Part shown: piece by piece, positions 30,253 through 39,875 of the stretch
How positions within the stretch are numbered: position 1 is the first letter of the stretch
Layout of the letters: every line of letters starts with the position of its first letter
Assembly (NCBI GenBank): GCA_963835575.1
Contig: CAWIGG010000002.1
Location: forward strand, 1,152,001-1,216,000
Source: an uncultured Spirochaetota bacterium
GTDB taxonomy: Bacteria > Spirochaetota > Brevinematia > Brevinematales > JAOACQ01
DNA length: 64,000 nt
Reading direction: 5' to 3'
Program-made: the position numbers and the translations under genes
The notes under the pieces: generated by a model
Told to the model about the DNA's origin: nothing
Seen by the model: only the letters and a program-made list of their open reading frames with translations
The model's database searches: none

Positions 30253-33200
30253 ATGTTCAATATACAGGAAGTTAAAAAACAGATCCTGCAATCAAGCGAT
30301 TATCTCAGGCTGTTGCTTGAAAATAATCCTGATCTCTGGAAGGAAATTTATACTTTCCTCTCTCAATCCGATGAAAAAGTTCCTCAGGAATATACAAATG
30401 ATTATTATTATAAAAAACACTCTTTTCCTAAGGTTGATGAAGATCCTGAAAAGATGTTTTTAAACATCCGGAAAATCAAAAATAAAGAATTAGCGATCAT
30501 AGCTTTTAAAGACTTTCTTTTTAATAATTCTGTTTCAATGACTCTTATTTTCCTGTCCAGACTGGCTGATTTTTGTATTGATTGGTCAATCCGCAGCGTT
30601 CTAAATATTATGCATGAAAAAAATTACATCGGCTATGATAAATTGAAAAATAACATAATGATCATCGGGATGGGTAAACTCGGCGGGAATGAACTGAATA
30701 TCAGTTCCGATATCGACCTTATCTTTCTTGGAAAAGATGAAATCATTCAGGATGATGCCTTCAGGAAGGAACTTGAAACATTTCTTACACATTTTCTTGA
30801 TTTCCTGAACCGTACATCTCAAGAAGGATTTCTATACCGTGTCGATATGAGGCTAAGGCCGGAAGGTGAAATCGGGCCTCTTATTATGGGTTTTCAAAAT
30901 GCGCTGGAATATTATAAAGAAAGAGGCCGTCAATGGGAATTGCAGGCAATGATAAAAAAAAGGCTGCTATGGGGAAATGATTTGCTATATCAAGAGTTTG
31001 TTTCATCAATGGATAAACTAATTTATCAGCATCACCAGCCTCAAAAGATCCTCTTTGATATCTGGAATATCAAAAATGAAATTGAAAAACAATTTTTGAA
31101 TAAAAATACTGAATTCAATATCAAGCTTTCTCCCGGCGGCATCCGGGATATTGAATTTATAATACAATTTCTACAGCTTATCCATGGTATTAGATATCCT
31201 GAAATAAGGAATGCTAATTCTCTTTCAACCCTCAATTCTTTAAAAACTTTCAATATAATTACACCGGATGAATTCAATACCCTGAATTCCAGTTATATAA
31301 TTTTAAGAAAAATAGAAAATATCCTTCAGCTCATAAATAATACATCAGTACATTCTCTACCTGGGAAAAAAGGAATAATAGAAAAAGTTTTCAAACCATG
31401 GAAGATTGAGGGGTTTGACTTTCCCAATGAAGATTATGAAATTGAATTTAAAAATAAAGTAAATACAATTATGTCGAATGTCAGGACCATTTTTACGGCT
31501 CTATTCGATGAAACGATCAGGTATATAAAATTAAAAGATAATCTCCTGTCCCAATATCAGGATATTCCCGGAGAATTACTGGAAGATCATTTTCTAAGAA
31601 TGGACAGCGAATATTTTCTCCGTTTTCAGGAAATGGATATTTACAAACACATAAAAATGATAGAAAAGCTTAATCTAAATAATCTCGTTGAACTGGAAAT
31701 CAACAAAAATAAAGAGGAAATATGGTCTCTGACTATTGTTGCCTTTGATTATTATTATGAATTTTCAAAAATAGCCGGTTTGATCTCGGCTAATTTTTTA
31801 AAGATACTCAGCGGCGAATCATATACATACGGTGAGTATTCTTCACAAAAAGATGAGAAAGAGGAACCATTCTACAGACGGAAAAAAAAGCAGATTTATT
31901 TCTTTTCATCAGAAAAAAAAGCACCGTCACTCATTTACAGAAGAAAGATCGTATGTTATTTAAAAGTACAAATGCTTGAAACTATTCAAAAAAACGCAAC
32001 CCATTTTGATAATATACTTCCTGACTGGGACCAGTTTAAAAAAGAATTGAATTATATTCTTCATTGTCTTGAAACAAATCAAACGAGAAAATCTGAAGAA
32101 TTTTTAAATAATAAAATTCTGAGCCTTATATCAAAACTGCCGATTACCGATATAAAGCCTCTTTCACCTGTCGAAATTGAAGTGGATAATGAGAGCAGCC
32201 GGCAATATACTATCCTGAATATTTACTCAAAAGACAGCTTTGCATTTCTATATACTTTTACTAATGTTTTGGCTTTGAGAAATTATTATATCTATAAAAT
32301 TGAGATAGATACTCAAGATGATAAAGCTTTTGACCGGCTGTTCATATTGACCCGGGATGGAAAAAAGATAATAGAGGCAAATAATATAGAAAATTTAAAA
32401 ATAGCCGTCGCATTCATAAAACAATACTCATCTCTATTACAAAATGCCGTTAATCCTGATAATGCGCTCCGTTATTTTGACGAGCTTCTTTCCAGAATAC
32501 TGGAATCAAGTGAGAAAAAGGAACTGCCGATTTTGGGTCAGCAGGATGTACAGGAAAAACTTGCCACTATTTTCGGCATAAGCGATTATTTCTGGGAAGA
32601 CTTCATCCGTGTGCAGTATACAGACATGCTGCCCATACTTAATGATCCATCAATAGAGTATTCCTTTTCAAAGAAAGAATTAATTGATCGTTATAATCAC
32701 ATCCATTTGCTAAATGAGCCGATGCAAACTGTTAACCTGGATGATTTTAATATACGGATCAATGAATTCAAAGACAGGGAAATGTTCCGCATCGATCTTC
32801 GGCAAATCTTAAAAAAGATCGAAATGATACAATTTTCTATAGAGCTGACAGAACTGGCCGAAGCGGTTATTGAACTTGCCGTAAAAAAGATAGAAATTGA
32901 ATTGCTTAAAAAATATTCTTTCCGGCAAATTCCGCCCTGGGCCGTATTTGGTCTGGGCAAGTTAGGCGGCAGGGAGTTGGGTTATGCATCCGATATCGAG
33001 GTTATGCTGGTCTATGATAACCCCGGACAATTAAAGGATGCAATTGAAATTGATTCCTATTTTGAAAAAATGATGCAGATGCTTATTCATACGATCCATT
33101 CTAAACGGGAAGGTATTTTTGAAATCGATCTCAATCTGCGCCCATACGGTAAATCTGGAAATTTAGCCGTCTCTAAAGCCAATTTTAAAGAATATTTTTC

Positions 33201-33813
33201 ATTAAAGGGACGGGCATATTATTTTGAAAAACAGGCCCTTGTGAAACTGCGCCCGATAGTGAGCAATGAATCCGGTTATTATTTATTTCAGGAAATTGTT
33301 AATTACCGTGATCTTTTTGTCTTCAGCGGGGAAAAGCCTGATATTGAAGCCCTGCTCAATCTCAGGGAAAAACAAATCCAGACCTATATTAAAAATTCTC
33401 AGGATATTAATATCAAATATTCCCGGGGATGCCTTGTTGATATCGAATACCTTGTCCAAAGCTTTCAAATCGTTTATGGAAAAATTTATCCCGGCTTAAA
33501 AAATCCTTCTACAGTGGATGCTATTGACAGCCTATATGAATGCAAAATCATCGATGATTTTGAGCAGAAAACGCTTAAAGAAAGCTATCTTTTTTATAGA
33601 AACTTGATAAATATCCTCCGGATGGTAAAAGGCAACGCGAAGGACTTGACTATTTATCCGGAAAATACCATTGAATACGATTACCTGGTCAAAAGAAGCT
33701 TTTTTGTGGGAATTATTGAAAAAGAAGTGAAAGAATTACTCGCTGACAAAATAAGAGAATTCAGGAAATCCATCATATCAATTCTAGACATTGAAATGAG
33801 TAAACTTAAATAA
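30253..33813 (+). CDS. glnE: Glutamine synthetase adenylyltransferase/adenylyl-removing enzyme with internal GlnD-like ACT domains
   Basis: Two nucleotidyltransferase modules (GMGKLGGNELNISSDIDL, RVDMRLRPEG, GGIRDIEF; GLGKLGGRELGYASDIE, EIDLNLRPYG, GCLVDIEY) separated by an ACT-like insert. Confidence 0.9.
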   Translation: MFNIQEVKKQILQSSDYLRLLLENNPDLWKEIYTFLSQSDEKVPQEYTNDYYYKKHSFPKVDEDPEKMFLNIRKIKNKELAIIAFKDFLFNNSVSMTLIFLSRLADFCIDWSIRSVLNIMHEKNYIGYDKLKNNIMIIGMGKLGGNELNISSDIDLIFLGKDEIIQDDAFRKELETFLTHFLDFLNRTSQEGFLYRVDMRLRPEGEIGPLIMGFQNALEYYKERGRQWELQAMIKKRLLWGNDLLYQEFVSSMDKLIYQHHQPQKILFDIWNIKNEIEKQFLNKNTEFNIKLSPGGIRDIEFIIQFLQLIHGIRYPEIRNANSLSTLNSLKTFNIITPDEFNTLNSSYIILRKIENILQLINNTSVHSLPGKKGIIEKVFKPWKIEGFDFPNEDYEIEFKNKVNTIMSNVRTIFTALFDETIRYIKLKDNLLSQYQDIPGELLEDHFLRMDSEYFLRFQEMDIYKHIKMIEKLNLNNLVELEINKNKEEIWSLTIVAFDYYYEFSKIAGLISANFLKILSGESYTYGEYSSQKDEKEEPFYRRKKKQIYFFSSEKKAPSLIYRRKIVCYLKVQMLETIQKNATHFDNILPDWDQFKKELNYILHCLETNQTRKSEEFLNNKILSLISKLPITDIKPLSPVEIEVDNESSRQYTILNIYSKDSFAFLYTFTNVLALRNYYIYKIEIDTQDDKAFDRLFILTRDGKKIIEANNIENLKIAVAFIKQYSSLLQNAVNPDNALRYFDELLSRILESSEKKELPILGQQDVQEKLATIFGISDYFWEDFIRVQYTDMLPILNDPSIEYSFSKKELIDRYNHIHLLNEPMQTVNLDDFNIRINEFKDREMFRIDLRQILKKIEMIQFSIELTELAEAVIELAVKKIEIELLKKYSFRQIPPWAVFGLGKLGGRELGYASDIEVMLVYDNPGQLKDAIEIDSYFEKMMQMLIHTIHSKREGIFEIDLNLRPYGKSGNLAVSKANFKEYFSLKGRAYYFEKQALVKLRPIVSNESGYYLFQEIVNYRDLFVFSGEKPDIEALLNLREKQIQTYIKNSQDINIKYSRGCLVDIEYLVQSFQIVYGKIYPGLKNPSTVDAIDSLYECKIIDDFEQKTLKESYLFYRNLINILRMVKGNAKDLTIYPENTIEYDYLVKRSFFVGIIEKEVKELLADKIREFRKSIISILDIEMSKLK

Positions 33814-33815
33814 TT

Positions 33816-33848
33816 AAAGGCGGCATTATTAAATGCCGCCTTTTTTTT
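33816..33848. terminator. Bidirectional terminator between convergent glnE and glnA
   Basis: AAAGGCGGCATT-atta-AATGCCGCCTTTTTTTT. Confidence 0.8.
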
Positions 33849-33853
33849 ATCAT

Positions 33854-35272
33854 TTAAACATCATAGTAAAGGAAAAACTCATAAGGGTGCGGCCTCTGCT
33901 GAACAGCCCGCACTTCATTTACCATCTTGTAATCTATCCAGATTTCGATTACATCTTTTGTAAAAACATCGCCTTTAAGAAGCCATTCATGATCATTTTT
34001 CAAGTTATTCAGGGCTTCTTCCAATGAACCTGGAACATTTCCGACTTTTCCGCGTTCTTCAGGGGGCAGGTCATAAATATTTTTATCCAGAGGTTCACCC
34101 GGGTCAATTTTATTCTGGATTCCATCCAACCCGGCCATAAGCATCGCGGCAAAAGCAAGATAAGGATTGCAGCTCGGGTCAGGAGTCCTGAATTCCAGCC
34201 TTTTTGCAGCGGGACTGCTGGAGTACATAGGTATTCTGACTGCCGCGCTTCTATTACGGGCTGAATAAGCCAGGTTTATCGGCGCTTCAAACCCCGGAAC
34301 AAGCCTCTTGTAAGAATTCATCGTCGGGCATGTAATAGCAACTAAAGCATTAGCATGCTTTAAAATACCACCGATATACCAGAGTCCTTCCTGAGAAAAT
34401 CCGGCATATTTATTACCGACAAAGATGTTCTTGTCTTTTTTCCATATGCTCTGGTGGCAATGCATTCCACTGCCGTTATCGCCGAACAAAGGTTTAGGCA
34501 TAAAAGTAACTGTTTTGCCGTTTTTAACAGCGACATTCTTAGTCACATATTTATAAAGAAGCACCTGGTCTGCCATTTTAACAAGATCGGCAAATCGCAT
34601 ATCAATTTCAGCCTGACCCGCTGTTGCAACTTCATGGTGATGTGCCTCAATTCGGATACCGACCTTTTCCAGCATCTGTACCATTTCACTGCGGATATCC
34701 TGCAGAGAATCTGATGGCGGAACAGGGAAATAACCCTCTTTATGCCTGATCTTATATCCTTTATTTCCGCCTTCTTCGATCCTGCCGGTATTCCATACAC
34801 CCTCGTCAGAATCAATATAATAGTATCCTTCTTTTGCATTCTGGCCATATCGTACATCATCAAAAATAAAAAACTCAAGTTCGGGACCAAAATAAACTGT
34901 ATCGCCTATCCCCGTGCTTTTGAGAAAATTCACAGCTTTCTTTGCTATGTGCCTTGGATCTCTTGTGTAATCCTGAAGAGTAATCGGATCCTTAATATCC
35001 GCAATCATTATCAATGTCGGATATTTTGCAAAAGGATCAACTACTGCCGTTGATGGGTCTGGCATAAGAAGCATATCCGATTCATTGATCCCCTGCCAAC
35101 CGCGGATGGAAGATCCATCAAAACCCAAACCTTCTTCAAAAGGACTTTCATCCTTAAATTCAGATACGGGATAAGTACAGTGCTGCCACATTCCCGGGAA
35201 ATCCATAAAACGGAGATCAATCTGGACAATGCCTTCTTTTTTAATCAGTTCCAATACACTTTTAGCATCCAT
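33854..35272 (-). CDS. glnA: Glutamine synthetase type I (beta, adenylylatable)
   Basis: [39 protein letters not shown], adenylylation-site motif [11 protein letters not shown]. Confidence 0.97.
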   Translation of the reverse strand: MDAKSVLELIKKEGIVQIDLRFMDFPGMWQHCTYPVSEFKDESPFEEGLGFDGSSIRGWQGINESDMLLMPDPSTAVVDPFAKYPTLIMIADIKDPITLQDYTRDPRHIAKKAVNFLKSTGIGDTVYFGPELEFFIFDDVRYGQNAKEGYYYIDSDEGVWNTGRIEEGGNKGYKIRHKEGYFPVPPSDSLQDIRSEMVQMLEKVGIRIEAHHHEVATAGQAEIDMRFADLVKMADQVLLYKYVTKNVAVKNGKTVTFMPKPLFGDNGSGMHCHQSIWKKDKNIFVGNKYAGFSQEGLWYIGGILKHANALVAITCPTMNSYKRLVPGFEAPINLAYSARNRSAAVRIPMYSSSPAAKRLEFRTPDPSCNPYLAFAAMLMAGLDGIQNKIDPGEPLDKNIYDLPPEERGKVGNVPGSLEEALNNLKNDHEWLLKGDVFTKDVIEIWIDYKMVNEVRAVQQRPHPYEFFLYYDV

Positions 35273-35307
35273 ATATTATTACCTCCTTTTATATACTGGT
35301 ATATAAG

Positions 35308-35324
35308 TGCAACTCTTATGCCAA
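35308..35324 (-). promoter_or_regulatory. Sigma-54 (-24/-12) promoter of glnA
   Basis: Minus strand TTGGCAT-AAGAG-TTGCA, exact GG-N10-GC spacing, about 35 nt upstream of the glnA ATG. Confidence 0.85.
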
Positions 35325-35481
35325 TTAATCTATCATAAGCAATAAATTTATATCTTATTATATGACAAATATTTATATAGTTTTATTAATTCAATTATTG
35401 TCTTTAGTAAAATATTATTTGATTATATATTATTCATCTTTTATAATAGTGGTTAAATAATAGACATTTTGAGGTAAAACT

Positions 35482-37557
35482 ATGGATAATAATTATACTA
35501 AAGAATTGGAAGAGAAAATAAAACGGCTCAAGCTGATCCAATATCTCACCATCGCTATGAATGAAACTGCGGATTCACAGGATCTTTTAAAAATGATGCT
35601 GGATAAATGTATCACCCTGACAGGCGCTGACAGCGGATCCATAATGATTAAAGATCCCAATTCCAAACACCTCCGTTATGAAGTCTTTAAAGGCCTTGAT
35701 GAAGAAATGGTCATAAAGACACCTATTATTGTAGGAGAGGGGCTGACAGGCACTGTTTTTCAAGACGGCATCCCGCGCCTTGTCAATGATGTCGCCATGG
35801 AGCCGGTGTATATCCCTGTCCGTAAGGATATACAATCCGAGCTGGCCGTACCTCTCAGCGTGCATGGGAAAGTGATTGGAGTTGTCAATGTAGACAGCGC
35901 CGGGAAAAACGCCTTTACAGAGGACGATGTTGAGCTTCTTCAAACTATTTCAAACCAGGCCGCTCAAATACTAATAAGAACTAATCTTTACCAGGAACTG
36001 GAAAGAAAAATCAAATTTAAAGATCTCCTCCTCGACATAGCGCAGAGCATAGAAAAGATATTCGAATTAACGGATTCCTTCGAGATTGTCATGAAAAAGC
36101 TGGCGGACAGCTTCGGCATTTTCAGGGGAATGCTGGTCTTATTCGAAAAGGAAGAACCCAATAAACTCTCTGTATTCAGCGCGTATAATATTACTGATGA
36201 AGAGATGTCCCGCGGAATTTATCAAGTTGGTGAAGGCGTTGTCGGAAAAGTTGTGGAAACAGGAAAACCTATTTCCATCCCTGATATTATTAAAGATGAT
36301 TCTTTTCTGAACCGTCTTCAAATTAAAAGAGATAAAAACAGCCCAACCTCTTTTATAGCAGTCCCGATTAAAATTGAAGGTATTGTTGTCGGAGTTATGG
36401 CGATCGAAAAACATTTTGAAAATGAAAATATTCTTGAAGACGAAGAAGATATGATGACGCTCATCGCAAATATAATCGCCAATAAAGTAAAAGCATGGGA
36501 AAGGATTTTTAAGGAAAAGGAAAACCTGATCGCTGAAAATCTGAACCTTAAAAAGGAATTATTAAAAAATTTTGCTGTGGGCAATATCATCGGCAAGAAT
36601 AAAAGCATGATATCGGTATTCGAATTGATCAATACGGTTTCTGACAGCAATTCATCAATATTGATCCTTGGTGAAAGCGGCACCGGAAAAGAATTAGTCG
36701 CGCAGGCGCTTCATGTCGGCAGCGGCAGGAAGGATGCCCCGTTTGTCAGCATCAATTGCGCTTCCATACCTGAAAATCTTCTTGAATCGGAACTTTTCGG
36801 TTATAAAAAGGGCTCTTTTACCGGGGCAATCAGCGACAAAAAAGGTAAATTTCAGCTGGCTAACGGCGGGACTGTTTTTCTGGATGAAATCGGCGATATG
36901 CCCCTTTACCTTCAGGCAAAACTTCTCCGCGCCATCCAGGAGAGGGAAATCGAACCGCTCGGCAGCGAAGTAAAAGTGAAAATAGACATACGCATTGTCT
37001 CGGCAACTAATAAAGACCTGGATAAATTGATAAAAGACGGGAAATTCCGCGAAGACCTTTATTACCGTTTAAATGTTGTCGAAATACTCATTCCTCCTCT
37101 CCGTGAAAGAAAGGACGATATACCGTTATTAGTGAACCATTTCCTTAAAAAATACGCCCAAAGGGACAGTAAAAATGTCCATGGGATCTCCCAGGAAGCC
37201 CTAAGGCTTCTCCAGAGCTATAATTGGCCCGGGAACGTCCGTGAACTGGAGAATATCATTGAAAGGGCTGTTCTGCTCTGCCGCACTCAGACAATAGAAG
37301 TAAATAACCTTCCTCCTTTCCTGATGGATATTGAGGAAGTGCCGGATATTCATATCAGTAAATGGATAGAGGGTTTTATAAAAAATCCTTCTTTCAGCGG
37401 CAAGCTTTATGAAAAAATCATCGGTCATGTGGAAAAGGAATTGATAGCCAAATCGCTTATTTTTAATAACAGAAATAAAGTGAAAACTTCTGATTTTCTC
37501 GGGATTAACCGGAACACGCTGAGAAGTAAAATGGAAGATTATAACATTAAGATGTAA
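35482..37557 (+). CDS. Sigma-54-dependent activator (GAF-GAF-AAA+-Fis HTH), NifA-like
   Basis: Two GAF domains, GESGTGKE, ESELFGYKKGSFTGA, FLDEIGD, WPGNVRELEN, LGINRNTLRSK. Confidence 0.93.
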   Translation: MDNNYTKELEEKIKRLKLIQYLTIAMNETADSQDLLKMMLDKCITLTGADSGSIMIKDPNSKHLRYEVFKGLDEEMVIKTPIIVGEGLTGTVFQDGIPRLVNDVAMEPVYIPVRKDIQSELAVPLSVHGKVIGVVNVDSAGKNAFTEDDVELLQTISNQAAQILIRTNLYQELERKIKFKDLLLDIAQSIEKIFELTDSFEIVMKKLADSFGIFRGMLVLFEKEEPNKLSVFSAYNITDEEMSRGIYQVGEGVVGKVVETGKPISIPDIIKDDSFLNRLQIKRDKNSPTSFIAVPIKIEGIVVGVMAIEKHFENENILEDEEDMMTLIANIIANKVKAWERIFKEKENLIAENLNLKKELLKNFAVGNIIGKNKSMISVFELINTVSDSNSSILILGESGTGKELVAQALHVGSGRKDAPFVSINCASIPENLLESELFGYKKGSFTGAISDKKGKFQLANGGTVFLDEIGDMPLYLQAKLLRAIQEREIEPLGSEVKVKIDIRIVSATNKDLDKLIKDGKFREDLYYRLNVVEILIPPLRERKDDIPLLVNHFLKKYAQRDSKNVHGISQEALRLLQSYNWPGNVRELENIIERAVLLCRTQTIEVNNLPPFLMDIEEVPDIHISKWIEGFIKNPSFSGKLYEKIIGHVEKELIAKSLIFNNRNKVKTSDFLGINRNTLRSKMEDYNIKM

Positions 37558-37606
37558 AAAGCAGCGGTTTTGTCTTGTATTAAGGCCAATTTATTTAATC
37601 CGTTTG

Positions 37607-38344
37607 TTATTTGCTCAATCCAATAAATGACAGCATCCTTTCTATCTCTGTGCCGCTCCGGTATGAATAAAAAGCTTTTTCCTTACCGCATTTTGAGCAA
37701 GCCGGATAAGATAATATATTATCTTCCCGAATGCCTTCCATTATCAATTCGCTTTTTACCATCTCTTTTAAATCAAGATAATATTTACCATTTCTTAATT
37801 CATAATGAACTGTATTTAAACTATCTATTAATTCTTTCCCGACTTCATAACAGCACTTATTAATATGAGGACCAATCATTATCATTAATTTTTCTCTTTC
37901 AATCCCCAGTTCTTTATTAACTGAACTGATCATATTTAAATGGATCTTTTTATTAACACCTCTCCAGCCGGCATGAATAACTCCTGCGAAACTCCTTTTT
38001 TGATCCGTATAAAAAATCGGTATACAGTCAGCGGTCAATACTCCCAGAAGTATATCTTTTTGAGAAGTAAATAGACCATCACCCTCAATTAATGAATTAT
38101 TAACAAATTCTTTTAAATTTATGGAATTGATATAATGAATAATATCAGAATGGATCTGCTTTAATGTAATAAGGGAGGAGAATTTTAGATCTTGAATAAT
38201 TTTATTCCTATTTTCGTTTATTTCTTTAATTACTTTGGAATTTCCGGCCGTATGGACGGCATAATTCATTCCCTTTAATGTCGTTCCGCAGATAATCCCG
38301 CTTTTACAGAAATCCGAGTAAAGAATAAACCCGCTATTTATCAT
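37607..38344 (-). CDS. pgeF: PgeF/YfiH laccase-like protein
   Basis: KQIHS, EGDGLFT, TADCIP, IHAGWRG, GPHI..CCYEVG, FYSYR. Confidence 0.9.
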   Translation of the reverse strand: MINSGFILYSDFCKSGIICGTTLKGMNYAVHTAGNSKVIKEINENRNKIIQDLKFSSLITLKQIHSDIIHYINSINLKEFVNNSLIEGDGLFTSQKDILLGVLTADCIPIFYTDQKRSFAGVIHAGWRGVNKKIHLNMISSVNKELGIEREKLMIMIGPHINKCCYEVGKELIDSLNTVHYELRNGKYYLDLKEMVKSELIMEGIREDNILSYPACSKCGKEKAFYSYRSGTEIERMLSFIGLSK

Positions 38345-38349
38345 TTTTT

Positions 38350-39869
38350 GTAACTATCCAGCCGCATATTTAATAGCGGAGCCGTTCAACGCGTCAATAA
38401 GGGCTTGATAAACACTGACGCCCATCTTTTTTACTGTAGATATATAACCCCTGATTCTGCAAAAGGCAGCCGCTCCATTCCAGCTTCTGAATGTACCTGA
38501 TATTTTCTGCTGGACTTTTATCATTCTGATATCCCGTTCCGCCAAATTGTTGCTGAATGGAACATCTTTTTCCCGCATAAATAAAAGGACAGATTCTTTA
38601 TATTTTCTTAATCGGTCTAATAGGCATAAAACCTTGCCCCGCTTTTTTCTGCCGCGTTTAACAAGTCCTTCCGGCTTTTCAGGCGTTGGATTTACAGCAA
38701 ATCCTTTCGCGATGATCCGGTCATATTCCGTATCATATTCTATAATCCTTTCCGCCGGTATTGGAAAACTTGCCTCTTTATCATTCTTAATCCTTATAAG
38801 AAGATTACCCATCTCCTTAGCCCATTCCTGACCCATTTCCTCATGTATCCAGATTAGCTCTCTCAAATGGTGTACATTACACAATCCATGACGGCATAAG
38901 AATTCCAGATAACTTTTCCATCCATCGTGGATAATAATACCGGTAAATCTTGTGAGAATGTCCATCGCACGCATCGCCTCTGTGCCGCGTTTGTCATGAG
39001 AAAAATAATAGGTAAAACGTTCATTCGAGGCAACATGGAGCCATTTTAATAACCCTTTTATCCGAATACCGGTTTCATCACAGTGAAGAACCACTTCTTT
39101 TAGTATCAGTTCTATGACTTTCTGTTCATACTCTTCTAATTTATTGTAGGTCTCCCGGATAAATCCTTCAATCGTTGCCTTGCTGAGCGGCACTCCCAAT
39201 AAACATTCGGCGTATTCCGAAAGCCTTTCATAGGGTATCAACCCATATGTTTTCATATAGACCAGATGCGCTTTAATGTTTTTTCCATACTGTGCCTTAT
39301 TGGTTATGCCTTCCGGAAACTCCGCCGTTACTCTCGCACCGCAATGCGGACAATCTTTTACTTCCGAGCGATGTTCGGTAACTTCCACTTTTATCGGAGG
39401 TATATCGAACACCTGCCTTCTTTCCGTCCGCTTAACTGATTCGGAACTTAAATCAATTCCACAACAGGAACATTTTTCAACCTGATGTTCTATGATCTTA
39501 TCAGGGCTTTCTACTTTCTTCAGAGTATTTCCCTTATGTCCAAACTGGCCGCCTTGTTTTTTACCGCTCTTTTTCCGTAAATTCTTTACTGTATTTTGGA
39601 ATGGATTATCGGAAGACGGCGGTTTATTGCTGTTATGGCTGTCCTTATTAAGCTGTTCTTCCAATTTCTTAATCTTTTCCGCTTGTCTTTGAATGATTAA
39701 ACCCTGCTCCTTTATCTGGTTTTGTAAATCAGCAATGATGCCTTCAAATCGTTTTAAGCAGGCCGCACAGTCTTTTTCTCTTCTATCTTCATTCATGCTA
39801 TAGAATAGCATGGTTTCATGCTCAATGCAAATATTTCATGTGACTATTTTTTAGTGGCTGGATAGTTAC
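38350..39869 (-). mobile_element. IS66-family insertion sequence (single-ORF type)
   Basis: Perfect 14-bp TIR GTAACTATCCAGCC (38350-38363) / GGCTGGATAGTTAC (39856-39869); 8-bp target duplication CATTTTTT (38342-38349, 39870-39877). Confidence 0.95.
38354..39811 (-). CDS. IS66 transposase
   Basis: NSNKPPSSD, GGQFGHKG, zinc finger, HCDETG, CNVHHLREL, NNLAERDIR..KV.QKISG. Confidence 0.95.
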   Translation of the reverse strand: MLFYSMNEDRREKDCAACLKRFEGIIADLQNQIKEQGLIIQRQAEKIKKLEEQLNKDSHNSNKPPSSDNPFQNTVKNLRKKSGKKQGGQFGHKGNTLKKVESPDKIIEHQVEKCSCCGIDLSSESVKRTERRQVFDIPPIKVEVTEHRSEVKDCPHCGARVTAEFPEGITNKAQYGKNIKAHLVYMKTYGLIPYERLSEYAECLLGVPLSKATIEGFIRETYNKLEEYEQKVIELILKEVVLHCDETGIRIKGLLKWLHVASNERFTYYFSHDKRGTEAMRAMDILTRFTGIIIHDGWKSYLEFLCRHGLCNVHHLRELIWIHEEMGQEWAKEMGNLLIRIKNDKEASFPIPAERIIEYDTEYDRIIAKGFAVNPTPEKPEGLVKRGRKKRGKVLCLLDRLRKYKESVLLFMREKDVPFSNNLAERDIRMIKVQQKISGTFRSWNGAAAFCRIRGYISTVKKMGVSVYQALIDALNGSAIKYAAG

Positions 39870-39875
39870 CATTTT

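Noticed and set aside
35325..35481. NifA-type TGT-N10-ACA enhancer upstream of glnA
   Set aside because: Only an imperfect TGT-N10-ATA found in very AT-rich DNA; not distinguishable from chance
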